64,000 bases of DNA from Eledone cirrhosa (taxonomy: Eukaryota): contig OZ024744.1 of assembly GCA_964016885.1 (NCBI GenBank), positions 51,460,001 through 51,524,000 on the forward strand. Reading direction: 5' to 3'. The position numbers were made by a program, and so were the translations under genes. Below the pieces are notes generated by a model. That model searched no databases. It was not told the origin of the DNA and worked only from the letters and a program-made list of their open reading frames with translations. This document shows, in pieces, positions 39,534 through 53,682 of the stretch (position 1 is the stretch's first letter; each line of letters begins with the position of its first letter).

Positions 39534-42152
39534 CTACAGGCGCATGACCAGAGTAGGCCCACTCGCACGGGCCATTCTCGCCACATTCACCCACCTTTCA
39601 GCAAATGTACTGAGTGGCAACACTTCTCTTTCCACCCTCACCTTCCTTTCCAAGTGAAACTTGAAAAAGCTGATGAGGGATTGGCCGAAGAGAAAAGTGT
39701 CTGTCTTCAGTCCTTTCAACCTCGTCCACCATACAACCTCTTTCGCTACTGCCACCAGACAGAGGAAAATTGCCTGCCCTTCCTGGCCAAAAGAAGGCAG
39801 CGGGTCGAATTTCACTATGGACATAACTCCACAAGTCAGTAATGCACGGACACTGGGCGAGTGAGTGCAGAACGGTTTCGTCGCTCTGCGCGCATCTCGG
39901 GCAGGTCCGTCTGACAGCACTTCCGTGCCTGTAGAGTTTATCTCGAACCAGCAGTGCCCCCCGTAGCACTGCCAAGCGAGAGATTTTGGGAAATTATCCA
40001 TCATCTCCGGCTCGAAAGTCCTCCGGAACAGACTGGTTGGTTCGACTTCGTCGACTCCCAGAGCCTCTCCGAGTGCGTCGTCGCACTTCCCACCACTAAC
40101 CCTCTATAGAACTCGCGAGTGGAAGTACCACTAACTGCATTTCCCGCCTGGTAGAGGGCAGTGAGTGTCTGGCAACATTCCAGATGCCAGTCACCCAGTC
40201 TCGGTCTCTTCTTGACCCAGGACTGCAGCTCAGTCAAAGAAACGAGCTGCGGAAAGGCCCGTCTGACAAACGGCGACCACACCTGTTCACCGTAAGGCAG
40301 AATATCTGAAGATGCCGCAGCCTCAGCGCGTGTCTTCGCATCATTAGCCACGGCATGCCCAGCCCTCCACGTAGAGGGTGCTGGCAGCAGATGGACTTCC
40401 TCACCAGCGGAATCTGACCCCTCCACAAGAATTTGAAGAGGAGCCGCTCCAAGATGGCGAGGCGCGAACGGGGCAAGGGACGATGTCAAACGGTAGTAGA
40501 TGACGGTCTGATGTACGCGTTCGCCACCCCCGCCCGACCTTTCAGTGATAGCTTTCTCCCAGCCCATTTCTGGGTGAGACTGGCTACCCTGCCCGTCAAC
40601 TCGTCTCAATTCTTATCCACATGGAGGTCTGGCCCGAACCAAATCCCGACCAACTTTACCGGTCCGTCCGTCCAGCGCCTAACGAGGCTGTTGGACGGCA
40701 TGGACTTGCCTCTCCAGGTGCCGAGCTGCAAGCCCACCGACTTTTCCGGGTTAAGTTTTGCTCCCGTCAACCTTTCATATTCCTCCAATAAGTTGCCGAC
40801 CACCTCGATTTCTGAGGTGTCCGACACCATCACGGTGATGTCATCCGCATAAGCCGACACAGCCTTTCCGCGTCCCTGTTCGAGCGGGATGCCCTGCAAC
40901 AGCTCCAGCTTCCGAAGTAAAGGCTCGAGAGTCAATACGTATAGAAGGGAGGAGAGAGCGCACCCTTGACGGACCGATCAGGAGACCTGAAACGGTTCCG
41001 AGAGGTGGCCATTAATTTTGACCACCGAGCAGGTGCCGCTGTGCATTGTAGCGATCCAGCTTCTGAAGACGGGGCAGAAGCCAACCGCCTTGAGGACAGC
41101 CTCCAGGTACCGATGGTCGACCCTATCGAATGCTTTCGATTGATCTAAATTGATCAGAGCCCCACCGAAGCCAGGTTTACACACTACCCTCTCTATGATG
41201 TATCGCATCAGGTGGAGTTTGTCGTGTATGGACCTGGTTGGGATTGCGCAAGTTTGCGCCTCCCAACCAAATCTCCGACGTCAAACCTCTTCGCTAACAC
41301 CCTGGCCAAAATTTTAAACACTGGTTGAGCAGATCTATGGGCCTGAAATTGTCTAATGTGTCCCTCTTGTTCTCATCTTACCTTATCAGCGTCACTACGC
41401 CCTGCTCACAGAACTGGGAATGCTCTGGTTCTGCTGCCAGTTGCAGTAGAGCGCTTCGTGGAGATTGGACAACAAGTTTGGCATATTTACGTAAAGCTCA
41501 TACGGCAGACCAGACCATCCAAACCGGGTGACTTGCGCCTCATGCAGCCGACAAGGGCATCCTGAATCTCGGCTGAAGTAATCGGCCTTTCGCAGCGCCC
41601 AGCGTCGGCAGTCGAGAGTTGCGACAGGTACCGACTAGATTTCCCTAATGCGCCAGTGTGGTTCTTGAGGCTTTTGCACTCCCCGCTCCTATCGGATGCT
41701 CCTACACAGTCCCAGCGTGCGTCTAAGATGCCGTTCCAGTCTCTCGCTAACAGTAAAGGGCGAGAGGTATCCAGAAAGGCTTCCAGGCGTCTAAAGAAGT
41801 CCGGCCGTCCTGCCCCGTAGACGGCCACCAGTCTAAAGGCACCACCTTCGTTATTGTTCACGTCCAGGACCACCAACTTCCCGTCCGGGTTCCAGAAGAT
41901 CGACCTTACCTCGAGATCCAGGCCTTTCCTAAACAACGCTGCCACCCCACCTCCCATTCCCGGCCGACTAACAGATGCAAAGATCTGATAGTCGTCGAAA
42001 ATGGGGGCTAGTGTGCACGTGTCGGAAATCCTGGTCTCGCTGACGGCAATTACGTCCATTTCTAGAGACCTGAGGTCGTTGAGCAGGTGACCCTGCTTCC
42101 AGGACGATCCCAGGCCTCGAACATTTAAACTTCCTACTCTTAATACGGCCAT
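39534..42152 (-). pseudogene. Tx1-like ORF2 (APE endonuclease + RT + zf-RVT), frameshifted, with an internal deletion near 41650
   Basis: SLNVRGL...DVIAVSET; LDQSKAFDRVDH; QGCALS; AYADD; CPRC...ETVLH...C. Confidence 0.9.
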
Positions 42153-42185
42153 GTTGGCAGGTTAAAAGCGAGAGAGGGGAAATGT

Positions 42186-43988
42186 TTACTTACCTTTCGG
42201 GCTCTTGTGAAGGTCGGGTGGTTCCACCTCCATAGTTGGTGGGGTTTCTTTTGGGAACCCCTTTAAATGTCTTGAAGTGGGTTTTACGTCCGGGGTTCCC
42301 ACGTGCCAAAGAAAGCTTCCTCGTATCTCTTTGTATAAATCGAGCGACATTCGCACCAGAAACAAATCTTCCGGCACGCGAAATGTGCTCGATTTAAAAA
42401 TCCCCCCTCTTTTTGTATATTTTCACTTCGTGTTACGAGGGCCATCAGTTTCTTGTTGGCCCTCTTGACGAGCACAAAGCTTTGTATGTTTTGTTGGTGT
42501 GATTTTATTTGTTTGTGTAGCTGTGGTGGTGATGGTTTTGGTGGTGATGTTTCGGTTGTGTCTGTGTTTGTTGTGAGTGCGGTGTCTGTGGTTTCAGATG
42601 TTTGTGTGTGTGTTTGTTCTTGCGTCTGTTTAGGTTGTTTGCGTTTGAGGGATTCTGGTGATGGTGATGGTGGTGTTGGTGTTATTGGAGAGATGTTTGC
42701 GTGGGTGGTGTCTGCATTTTTTGTGGGTGATTTTGTGCTTTGTTGAGTTTTTTTTTCCTTTTTGTGTTTCCTTAATTGTATTTTGGGGCATTTTGGTTTT
42801 CCCTCATCTTCACTATGAGGTCTGTAAGTGTGTCTGAGTGTGTGTTTATGTTTTTATTGATGTGTTTTTGGGGGAGGGGGGATTTGACAACTTTCCTCGT
42901 TTCCCCCCTGGGTGGTCAATGTTGGGGGTGGTCTTTCTATTGGTGTTGTTGTTGCTGGTTTTGCCGGTGCTGGTGTTGGTTGTGGTCCTCGCCCCGGCGT
43001 CGGCAGCAGTGGAGCCCTTCGACCCCTTGCATCATTCAGCAGTTGAGGGTAGAAGGCTCGCAAATGGGTTTTTTCCCCACAAACAAAACAATCCGGCCTT
43101 TTGCCCTCGGTCATAATATGAATGGCCGTCCCATTCTGAAGGCGGATGTGGTCCGGGATTGTCTTCACATTCTCGGGCCTGATCTGGAGAAGTATCTCCA
43201 GGTCAACCCCGGACCAGTCCTCTCTGGCCGTTCTTGTCACTTCTATCGGGACAGTATCCGTCCCCTCCACAATCACACATCCCAGAAGCCACCACATGTC
43301 AAGTCCTGGTTGTATTCTAGGAATGCGGAGACAGGTCCACGTGGGAGGGGTACATTATGACCTCGCTGGTTTTGCAAGGATTCATAGAGTGTGTCATAGC
43401 GAGGGCTTCTGACTTGAACAGCACCGAAATGCTGCCGTACTGTCTGCTCCTCGCTATGTATTCGGTGTCTTCTCTGATGCACCTCAGCGTGACTTCGACA
43501 TCTGCTTGTGGGATTAAAGCTGCTCTTTTGGTTTGTGCTGAGATGCATCTATAATGCACCGTTCTGCGCTCCACTGCCTCAATAGCTTCTACCGGGACAG
43601 TTAAGTTGGCCCAGGTTTGCTCTTGCTTGATGAGCTTCCATGCCTGGGCCAACTTTTCATCTTTGTTTGAGAGGTCCATGTTGAAGCATGGCCTCTTTTT
43701 TGCTGCTGCCACAGCGAAAGTGTTCTTCTTGTTGTCGTTGGGGGTGTTGTTGTTGTTGTTGTTATCACTGTCGCTATTATCATTGTTGTCTTTAGTGCCG
43801 CCGTTGTTCTCGGTGCAGTTGGTATTGTTGCTGTTGGTGTTGTCGCTATTTGTTTTCATGTTAGTGGTGTTGATATTGTTGTTGCATTTGTCATTTTTTC
43901 TGTTATCTGTATTTTCGTTGTCGCTGTTACTGTCATTCTTTTCAAAATTAGAGTTCTCAGTGTTGTTGTCATTGCTGTCTTTGTTCAC
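42186..43988 (-). pseudogene. Tx1-like ORF1 (Asn-rich N-terminus, zinc-knuckle-like CFVCGEKTH), frameshifted
   Basis: Lies upstream of ORF2; ORFs 43317-43988 and 42854-43297 (EGKRPDCFVCGEKTH). Confidence 0.7.
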
Positions 43989-45632
43989 GTTGCTTGTGGT
44001 GGAGTTTGTTGTATCAATTTCTGTATGCGCCGAAACCCTCCTCTCAACTTTTACGTCGTTGTCACACGACAGCAGACATATCGCGGGGGGGGGGGGGGGG
44101 GGGGGGGGGGGGCTCAGCCATGTTTTTTTTTTCGATAATTTTTTAAAATGTAAAAAAGTTCAAATATTTGGGCCCAAAGGCCCAAATATATTTTCCCCTT
44201 CATAGGGAAAAGTACAAGGGCTTATATCCCTTACACAACAAGAACAAATTCAATAAATAAGTTTTGACAGGTAAATAAATAAACTTACGAGAGCGAGCAA
44301 AAAGGCATCCGTTCAGACCCAACAACAATAATAATAAAAATGTTTATAGCAATAATAATTTCTTTTAATGGCCTAAGAGGTCCAAGATATGTGGAACAAT
44401 ATAAAAAGTGCAACCGGACAGGACACCATACAGAGTCACACTTTTCTTTTTCTTGGCCCTTTTTCGGATAAATACCTTGAGCAAGGTGTTATTGTCTTTG
44501 TCGCCATATCTTCTTATTTCCTTGAGATAACCTCTTGTTTCATTCGTGAGTCCAAGCTCCTATATCATATTTGGTGTTTTTGTTATCACTTATACCAAAC
44601 TTGAATCACGATTACCTGAGCTACAATAGTAATTAAATGACATTTCATTATAGATCCTATTCTCCATCACTGTTCCCTAATTACCGACACTGTATTGCCT
44701 AGCTATATCCCTTTACTTTCCCGTATCATTTATTAATCAATTATTAACAAAATATTTATTTAAAATAATTATTTAAATATTTATGTAATTGTGCAACTAT
44801 CAACTCAATTACGTATTTATTTATTCAATTATGTTATTATTTATTTAATAATTCAGTTATTTAATTATTTATTCAATCACCCATTTATTTTTATTTTTAT
44901 CATATTCCATTCATTGTTTTAATTATTAGTTATCTATTAAATTATTTAATTACTGTTGATCAAATACCCATCTTAATAATTTTTCTTAATGCTCCCGCCT
45001 ATAAATTATATATTTCTCTCTCTTACAAGTAACCTCCCGTAGATAATAGATAATCACCTATCCACAATTCGTATTATTCATCCACACTTTTTTCATTTAT
45101 TGAAATTTAGCACATTTCATCTCATATTATTATATATTTTATATGCATTAATTTTATTTTATTGGTCATTTTCCAGTATCACCTCATGATAGTGATCTTC
45201 CAATTATTTTCCCTGCTCCAATGCTGAAAATCACGTAATATGTCACCCATTAATTTCGCGCGTGGGCTTTTCTTTAACCAATGGAATATATATATTGTTT
45301 CTGCCATCATCTATAAAGATCTGTGGTTATTGAGTCACTGTCGTCTGCAGAAACACTCTTATGTGGAAATTAAGGAGACATGGCTCCATTTGAATAATTT
45401 ATATGCATATATAATTGTTTCTACTTTTGGCACAAGGCCAGCTATTACCCAGTGTGTTACTGGTACTTTATTTTATCGACCCCATAAGGATGAAAGGCAA
45501 AGTAAGCCTCGGCGGGATTTGAACTCAGAATGGCAAGGGCCGTAACACTATGCGTCAAAGCATGGCGTCCGACCCTCTACCGATACTGCCAATCCACCGC
45601 CCTATGCATATATAATGAGTCTAATATATACA

Positions 45633-45725
<93 letters not shown>

Positions 45726-45756
45726 CATATATTATATATATATTATATATATATAT

Positions 45757-45833
<77 letters not shown>

Positions 45834-46220
45834 AATATATATTATATATATATTATATATATATAAATTATATATAAATATATATAAATATATATTATAT
45901 ATATATATTATATATTATATATATATCGTATATTATATATATATCGTATATATATATCGTATATATATATTATATATATATATATTATATATATATATAT
46001 ATTATATATATATATATATCATATATATATATATATTATATATAAATGAAAGGTATAGAAAGTATTGTAGCAAAAAGCCAACAGTATTTCATAATATATA
46101 AGTGACTCTAGCGTCAAAACGGGAAAATGATGTGGGAAAAATAATTCAAACTCAATTCAAAAAGAATCAGGATATAGATTTATCCAACAGAATTTAGTGA
46201 AATCCAGGGAGAAATCAATA

Positions 46221-46289
<69 letters not shown>

Positions 46290-46560
46290 TAAGGCTAAGG
46301 TCAACACTAATAGAGGCAGAAAGAAACCTACGGACAAAAATGTGAACTTTTCTCCCTAAATATGTAGGTAAAAACGAAATTTTCCCCCATATGCAATTTA
46401 ATTGCACTATACACTTACGTCGTTGAAACAGCATATAAGCTGAAACCGGCACAATTAAATGGGGAAACCCCTATTTTATAAATAAATGTTTTGATGTTAT
46501 TCTGAGAGAAAATCCCTTTAGCATTTTCTACTGTTTTATTTTTCCTTTTTTTTCCTTTTT

Positions 46561-46596
<36 letters not shown>

Positions 46597-47214
46597 CATT
46601 CGGGTGATATAGGGGTTGCCTCCCTTGCCGATCCCCACGTGGGGTCAGCAATAGTCATTCCTTGTATTAACATTGAACTAAAACCTGTTGAGAAAGTGGC
46701 TTCCTTGTTCAATCATCTTACCAGAAACCTGACATTATTTATGTAAGCGGTGGATTGGCAGTATCGGTAGAGTGTCGGACGCCATGCTTTCTAGCATAGT
46801 TACGTCCCTTTACGATCTGAGTTCAAATCCCGCCGAGGTTGACTTTGCCTTTCATCCTAACGGGGTAGATAAAATAAAGTACCAGTAATGCACTGGGTAA
46901 TTGCTGGCCTTGTGCCTAAAGTAGAAACAGTTATTTATGTAAGCGGACGGTACTTGATTTAGGAGCCGCAAAAACCCACATACTGGATTTTACCAACCTT
47001 CCAGGGGTCCGGGTAAATTTTCAATACGAGAATTACTTGATCGTTTTATTGGCTATGCGAATGATTGTTTAACCATCGTCTCAGTGTGTTTGGCCTTTAA
47101 CGTTTGTTATAGCTCTGGTTCATCTGAATCATTGAGCACATGCCGCACATCTCGGAGGTTGATTTTCGTTATTTCGTGGGTGGGCCGAAATGCGAATCTC
47201 GATAATTTATGTTT

Positions 47215-47297
<83 letters not shown>

Positions 47298-47608
47298 TAT
47301 ATATATCGAACACAGATATCTAACTACATGTATTCAAATCACAAGGGACAGAAACCACCAGGATAAAGAAAATACTGACTGAAATAGTACGGTTCACAGA
47401 ACCCAATCAAAATGATAAATTGAGATGTACGAACCTACCATGATAACTATCTTATACCCGGACAGTTTACGGTAGAACTGTTTTTCGTAAAATTCTGTGA
47501 AGAGAATTACTGGAGAAGTGCTTTTTCAACGGGTATCCACGGCAATATTCAGCTCACTACTATGATTAGTAGATAACTAAATAACACGTGTGCGTTAAGA
47601 GAGAGAGA

Positions 47609-47681
<73 letters not shown>

Positions 47682-47780
47682 CATGGAACGAATAGAACGC
47701 ACGGTTACTATAAAAAATAGCAGCCAGAACTATTCGATATATTAAAGGTCTACAAATGTGATGGAGCCAATTTATCGAAC

Positions 47781-47833
<53 letters not shown>

Positions 47834-47875
47834 TAGGTAAATATACACGGGTGTGTATGATTGTGTATAGAAGAT

Positions 47876-48261
47876 TATATTAATAAGAGGAATTCCAACT
47901 TTGTCTGATTTACTCGTTTTATTTACAATCCTTTAAAATATATATAATGGTATTATAATGAAATAGTATGATAGAATATTAAATTCTAAGTGTTAATTGA
48001 ACAAGTACTTTCATGCTTTCTCAATCTTCAGGTTCATGATATGTGGTGACAGTCAAGTTTGCAATTTTCACAGTTGAAAATTGCAAACTTGACTGTCACC
48101 ACATATCATGAACCTGAAGATTGCGAAAGCATGAAAGTACTTGTTCAATTAACACTTAGAATTTAATATTCTATCATACTATTTCATTATAATACCATTA
48201 TATATATTTTAAAGGATTGTAAATAAAACGAGTAAATCAGACAAAGTTGGAATTCCTCTTA

Positions 48262-48269
<8 letters not shown>
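47876..48269. repeat. Fold-back palindrome (195-bp arms, 4-nt loop) with mirror hammerheads
   Basis: HHR (+) at 48109-48147: tgaac CTGAAGA t tgc(gaaa)gca t GAA AGTACT T|gttca. The mirror (-) at 47998-48036 has one stem II mismatch. Confidence 0.9.
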
Positions 48270-48299
<30 letters not shown>

Positions 48300-48493
48300 G
48301 ATAAATCTACCAAGAGTTTACGGTAGTGTCCAATCCGTATGAAGAACTCAATGTATTCCGGATATCATGGAAAGAAGAGATGTAATGAAAAATCACTTTC
48401 GGTGAAAGATAAACGGTATACAGAGTCAAGATAAAATATTAAACAAATAATGAATAAAACAATGAAACAGTTCCTTATATTAAACAAAAAAAG

Positions 48494-48647
48494 TTCATTA
48501 TTTAACGATCGTTTCTAGGATATATATGTGTTAGAATTGGCATGCATATTCAACAGATCTATGTACAAAATTATACAAAATTATACAAACTATCAAGATT
48601 AAATATACATACCAACACATATATACGCCGTCTTCAGAAATAATGAA
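48494..48647 (-). ncRNA. Type I hammerhead with a very long stem-loop II
   Basis: Minus strand: ttcattattt CTGAAGA cggcgtatatatgtgttgg...ctaacacatatatatccta GAA ACGATCGT T|aaataatgaa; perfect 10-bp stem I. Confidence 0.8.
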
Positions 48648-49277
48648 ATATATTTATTGATAATAACAACAATTCAAAATTTCAGGTCCGTTTGGGAACA
48701 AAATTGACCAATGAAAATACAAAAGGTTTAATGCAGTTCGGTGTGTGTATATACATGTAACTACCCTTACACATATTTTACAAAAATGTATGCTCAACTT
48801 GTATACGCATACCAAAAGGATGGATGCAAATACAAAATTTCAAGGTTAATGTCTCTGTAAGTTTATAATGCACAGATAAGATGCGTATAGACACATAAAT
48901 ATGAAATAAGTGTATACACATATTCTCATACTCACACATATCCGTACAATCACACACACACGCGCGTATATGTATAAACATACACATAACTACGAACATA
49001 CAAACACACACACACCCCCACTCACATATATATATGTGGATATAAAATCCTAAGCACATGGATATTAATTCACTCACATAAACACTGGCACACACATTTA
49101 GATCAAGATACAGAAATTAGGTGGGAGGGGGGGGGGAGAGGTCAGTATTCAACGGTTTGGGCAGACTGCTTAATATAGATGTATCTATAAACTAAGAAAA
49201 TAAAAAATAATAAATAATAAATAAACATTAAAAAGGAAAGAAAAGAAAAAGAAAAAAGAAAAAAGAAATATATCAAG

Positions 49278-49329
<52 letters not shown>

Positions 49330-49334
49330 CATAC

Positions 49335-49367
<33 letters not shown>

Positions 49368-49477
49368 CAAACACATACATACATATACACACATCCACAC
49401 TTAGAACATACATACACACACATATATAAACATATACATATACACACATACATACATATACACACATACATATAAAT

Positions 49478-49532
<55 letters not shown>

Positions 49533-49838
49533 TATACACATATAATCACACATACTATATAGACACACATATATATACACACATACACGCACATATACAT
49601 ACACTTACATACTTATATACATACAGATATACACATACATACCTATATATACACACAAATACATACAGACATACATACATACATACAGACAAATACTTAC
49701 GCATCCATATATCGGTATATACATACAAACACCACTACACTCTCACACAACTCAGACATACAAAGAAAAAGGTATATACCTATACACATATACATATACA
49801 AATAGAGAAACATATACATATATATATATATATATATA

Positions 49839-49872
<34 letters not shown>

Positions 49873-50075
49873 CATACACATATACACACATACACATACA
49901 TACACATACATACATGTACACACACATAGATATATATACATACACACATACACACATACATATATAGTCATACACACACATACACCTACACGAACATACA
50001 CATACACATATATAAAGATATATATACACACACACACACACATACACACACACACATATATATAAAATAAAATAA

Positions 50076-50137
<62 letters not shown>

Positions 50138-50372
50138 TTATTTTATTTCAGGATCTTCTGAAACTAACAAAGTCAATCTGTAAACGCAGAAGTGGATATT
50201 TCAAAAAACGTTGCAACCGGAGGAAGACAGCAAGACGATACTTTGGTTCGTGGGAACGTTCCATGGCAAAGAACGGGAAAAAACAAATATAATACGTCAT
50301 TAATAGGAGCGGTGAAAAACAATTACGCGCAAAGACAGAACCACGTTTTTTGAAATATTCACTTCTGCGTTT

Positions 50373-50448
50373 ACAGATTGACTTTGTTAGTTTCAGAAGA
50401 TGCCGTTAAGGGTGAAAGCAGCGATTCTTTGCTTAAACTTTAATCTGT
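50373..50448 (+). ncRNA. Full-topology hammerhead variant with a CAGAAGA core (family I)
   Basis: acagattga-ctttgtt-agttt CAGAAGA tgcc(gttaa)gggt GAA AGCA(gcgattctt)TGCT T|aaact-ttaatctgt. Related copies at about 6665, 7684 and 7870-7930. Confidence 0.65.
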
Positions 50449-50546
50449 TATTTTAATAAATATTTGCTCTACGGCTCTTATATATTCGATATATATTTAT
50501 CCTTATCGAACCCTCTTAGGATTTTAGTCTTCAAATTTATTATTAT

Positions 50547-50593
<47 letters not shown>

Positions 50594-50600
<7 letters not shown>

Positions 50601-53562
50601 TAATATTTGATGAACATTTACATGTTATAGTTGCAATTGACTAATAAGATCGCTAGAGTGAAAAATCTTAATTCAACAACATAAGGTCTGCCTGTACGAT
50701 CTAGAAAATAATAAATCAATACTCACAGACTCATATGGGCAAAAAGCCTTGGTACCTAGACACGTTTAAAATTCAAAATACAAACTTTTTCCGCAGATCG
50801 GTCAGAACTTCAAACTTCAAACATGTTTCACAAAGGATGGTATAATAGTAAAATAATTAACTAATTAGCAGTGAGTTAATCAACTTTTTCTGTGTTTATC
50901 AATAGGCACCCAGATAAAAATAAAATAACTCAACCTTAGAAAAATATCTACGGTCTGGTTAGCGTAGCGAAAATACACGAGGTTTTGCACACGGGTTATT
51001 CCAGTCCTCTAACGTCCCACACATAGTGCTAGAAATAACAGCCGTTTGTATGGGATTACAAAATTCAGCTCACCTTGGGGAGCAGTGATAAATAGCTTAG
51101 AGTTTAGACTCAGAGAGGTCATTTACAATCATTTCAGCTCTAGGAATTGCTTCTGAGCAGTATAAATTAATATTTGATGAACATTTACATGTTATAGTTG
51201 CAATTGACTAATAAGATCGTTAGAGTGAAAAATCTTAATTCAACAACATAAGGTCTGCCTGTACGATCTAGAAAATAATAAATCAATACTCACAGACTCA
51301 TATGGGCAAAAAGCCTTGGTACCTAGACACGTTTAAAATTCAAAATACAAACTTTTTCCGCAGATCGGTCAGAACTTCAAACTTCAAACATGTTTCACAA
51401 AGGATGGTATAATAGTAAAATAATTAACTAATTAGCAGTGAGTTAATCAACTTTTTCTGTGTTTATCAATAGGCACCCAGATAAAAATAAAATAACTCAA
51501 CCTTAGAAAAATATCTACGGTCTGGTTAGCGTAGCGAAAATACACGAGGTTTTGCACACGGGTTATTCCAGTCCTCTAACGTCCCACACATAGTGCTAGA
51601 AATAACAGCCGTTTGTATGGGATTACAAAATTCAGCTCACCTTGGGGAGCAGTGATAAATAGCTTAGAGTTTAGACTCAGAGAGGTCATTTACAATCATT
51701 TCAGCTCTAGGAATTGCTTCTGAGCAGTATAAATTAATATTTGATGAACATTTACATGTTATAGTTGCAATTGACTAATAAGATCGTTAGAGAGAAAAAT
51801 CTTAATTCAACAACATAAGGTCTGCCTGTACGATCTAGAAAATAATAAATCAATACTCACAGACTCATATGGGCAAAAAGCCTTGGTACCTAGACACGTT
51901 TAAAATTCAAAATACAAACTTTTTCCGCAGATCGGTCAGAACTTCAAACTTCAAACATGTTTCACAAAGGATGGTATAATAGTAAAATAATTAACTAATT
52001 AGCAGTGAGTTAATCAACTTTTTCTGTGTTTATCAATAGGCACCCAGATAAAAATAAAATAACTCAACCTTAGAAAAATATCTACGGTCTGGTTAGCGTA
52101 GCGAAAATACACGAGGTTTTGCACACGGGTTATTCCAGTCCTCTAACGTCCCACACATAGTGCTAGAAATAACAGCCGTTTGTATGGGATTACAAAATTC
52201 AGCTCACCTTGGGGAGCAGTGATAAATAGCTTAGAGTTTAGACTCAGAGAGGTCATTTACAATCATTTCAGCTCTAGGAATTGCTTCTGAGCAGTATAAA
52301 TTAATATTTGATGAACATTTACATGTTATAGTTGCAATTGACTAATAAGATCGTTAGAGAGAAAAATCTTAATTCAACAACATAAGGTCTGCCTGTACGA
52401 TCTAGAAAATAATAAATCAATACTCACAGACTCATATGGGCAAAAAGCCTTGGTACCTAGACACGTTTAAAATTCAAAATACAAACTTTTTCCGCAGATC
52501 GGTCAGAACTTCAAACTTCAAACATGTTTCACAAAGGATGGTATAATAGTAAAATAATTAACTAATTAGCAGTGAGTTAATCAACTTTTTCTGTGTTTAT
52601 CAATAGGCACCCAGATAAAAATAAAATAACTCAACCTTAGAAAAATATCTACGGTCTGGTTAGCGTAGCGAAAATACACGAGGTTTTGCACACGGGTTAT
52701 TCCAGTCCTCTAACGTCCCACACATAGTGCTAGAAATAACAGCCGTTTGTATGGGATTACAAAATTCAGCTCACCTTGGGGAGCAGTGATAAATAGCTTA
52801 GAGTTTAGACTCAGAGAGGTCATTTACAATCATTTCAGCTCTAGGAATTGCTTCTGAGCAGTATAAATTAATATTTGATGAACATTTACATGTTATAGTT
52901 GCAATTGACTAATAAGATCGTTAGAGAGAAAAATCTTAATTCAACAACATAAGGTCTGCCTGTACGATCTAGAAAATAATAAATCAATACTCACAGACTC
53001 ATATGGGCAAAAAGCCTTGGTACCTAGACACGTTTAAAATTCAAAATACAAACTTTTTCCGCAGATCGGTCAGAACTTCAAACTTCAAACATGTTTCACA
53101 AAGGATGGTATAATAGTAAAATAATTAACTAATTAGCAGTGAGTTAATCAACTTTTTCTGTGTTTATCAATAGGCACCCAGATAAAAATAAAATAACTCA
53201 ACCTTAGAAAAATATCTACGGTCTGGTTAGCGTAGCGAAAATACACGAGGTTTTGCACACGGGTTATTCCAGTCCTCTAACGTCCCACACATAGTGCTAG
53301 AAATAACAGCCGTTTGTATGGGATTACAAAATTCAGCTCACCTTGGGGAGCAGTGATAAATAGCTTAGAGTTTAGACTCAGAGAGGTCATTTACAATCAT
53401 TTCAGCTCTAGGAATTGCTTCTGAGCAGTATAAATTAATATTTGATGAACATTTACATGTTATAGTTGCAATTGACTAATAAGGTCGCTAGAGTGAAAAA
53501 TCTTAATTCAACAACATAAGGTCTGCCTGTACGATCTAGAAAATAATAAATCAATACTCACA
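50594..53562. repeat. 567-bp tandem array: 5 full units plus a 134-bp partial unit, flanked by (TA)n
   Basis: Units start at 50594, 51161, 51728, 52295, 52862 and 53429 and are near-identical. Confidence 0.97.
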
Positions 53563-53570
53563 TATATATA

Positions 53571-53669
<99 letters not shown>

Positions 53670-53682
53670 GATAAATATATAT

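Larger units (their letters stand above)
39284..44320 (-). mobile_element. Near full-length Tx1/L1-clade LINE (degraded) with a probable 15-bp TSD
   Basis: ORF1 remnants at 43988-42186 and ORF2 at 42152-39534. Flanks are aacagcaataataat (39269-39283) and aacaacaataataat (44321-44335). Confidence 0.88.

Noticed and set aside
46420-46455. HHR-like agc(atataa)gct-GAAACCGGC
   Set aside because: The 5' core box and cleavage site are too eroded to call, though it may be a decayed copy.
50594-51160. Hammerhead inside the 567-bp unit (ttgatgaacat...)
   Set aside because: No GAAA box follows the hairpin, and I found no canonical core on either strand.
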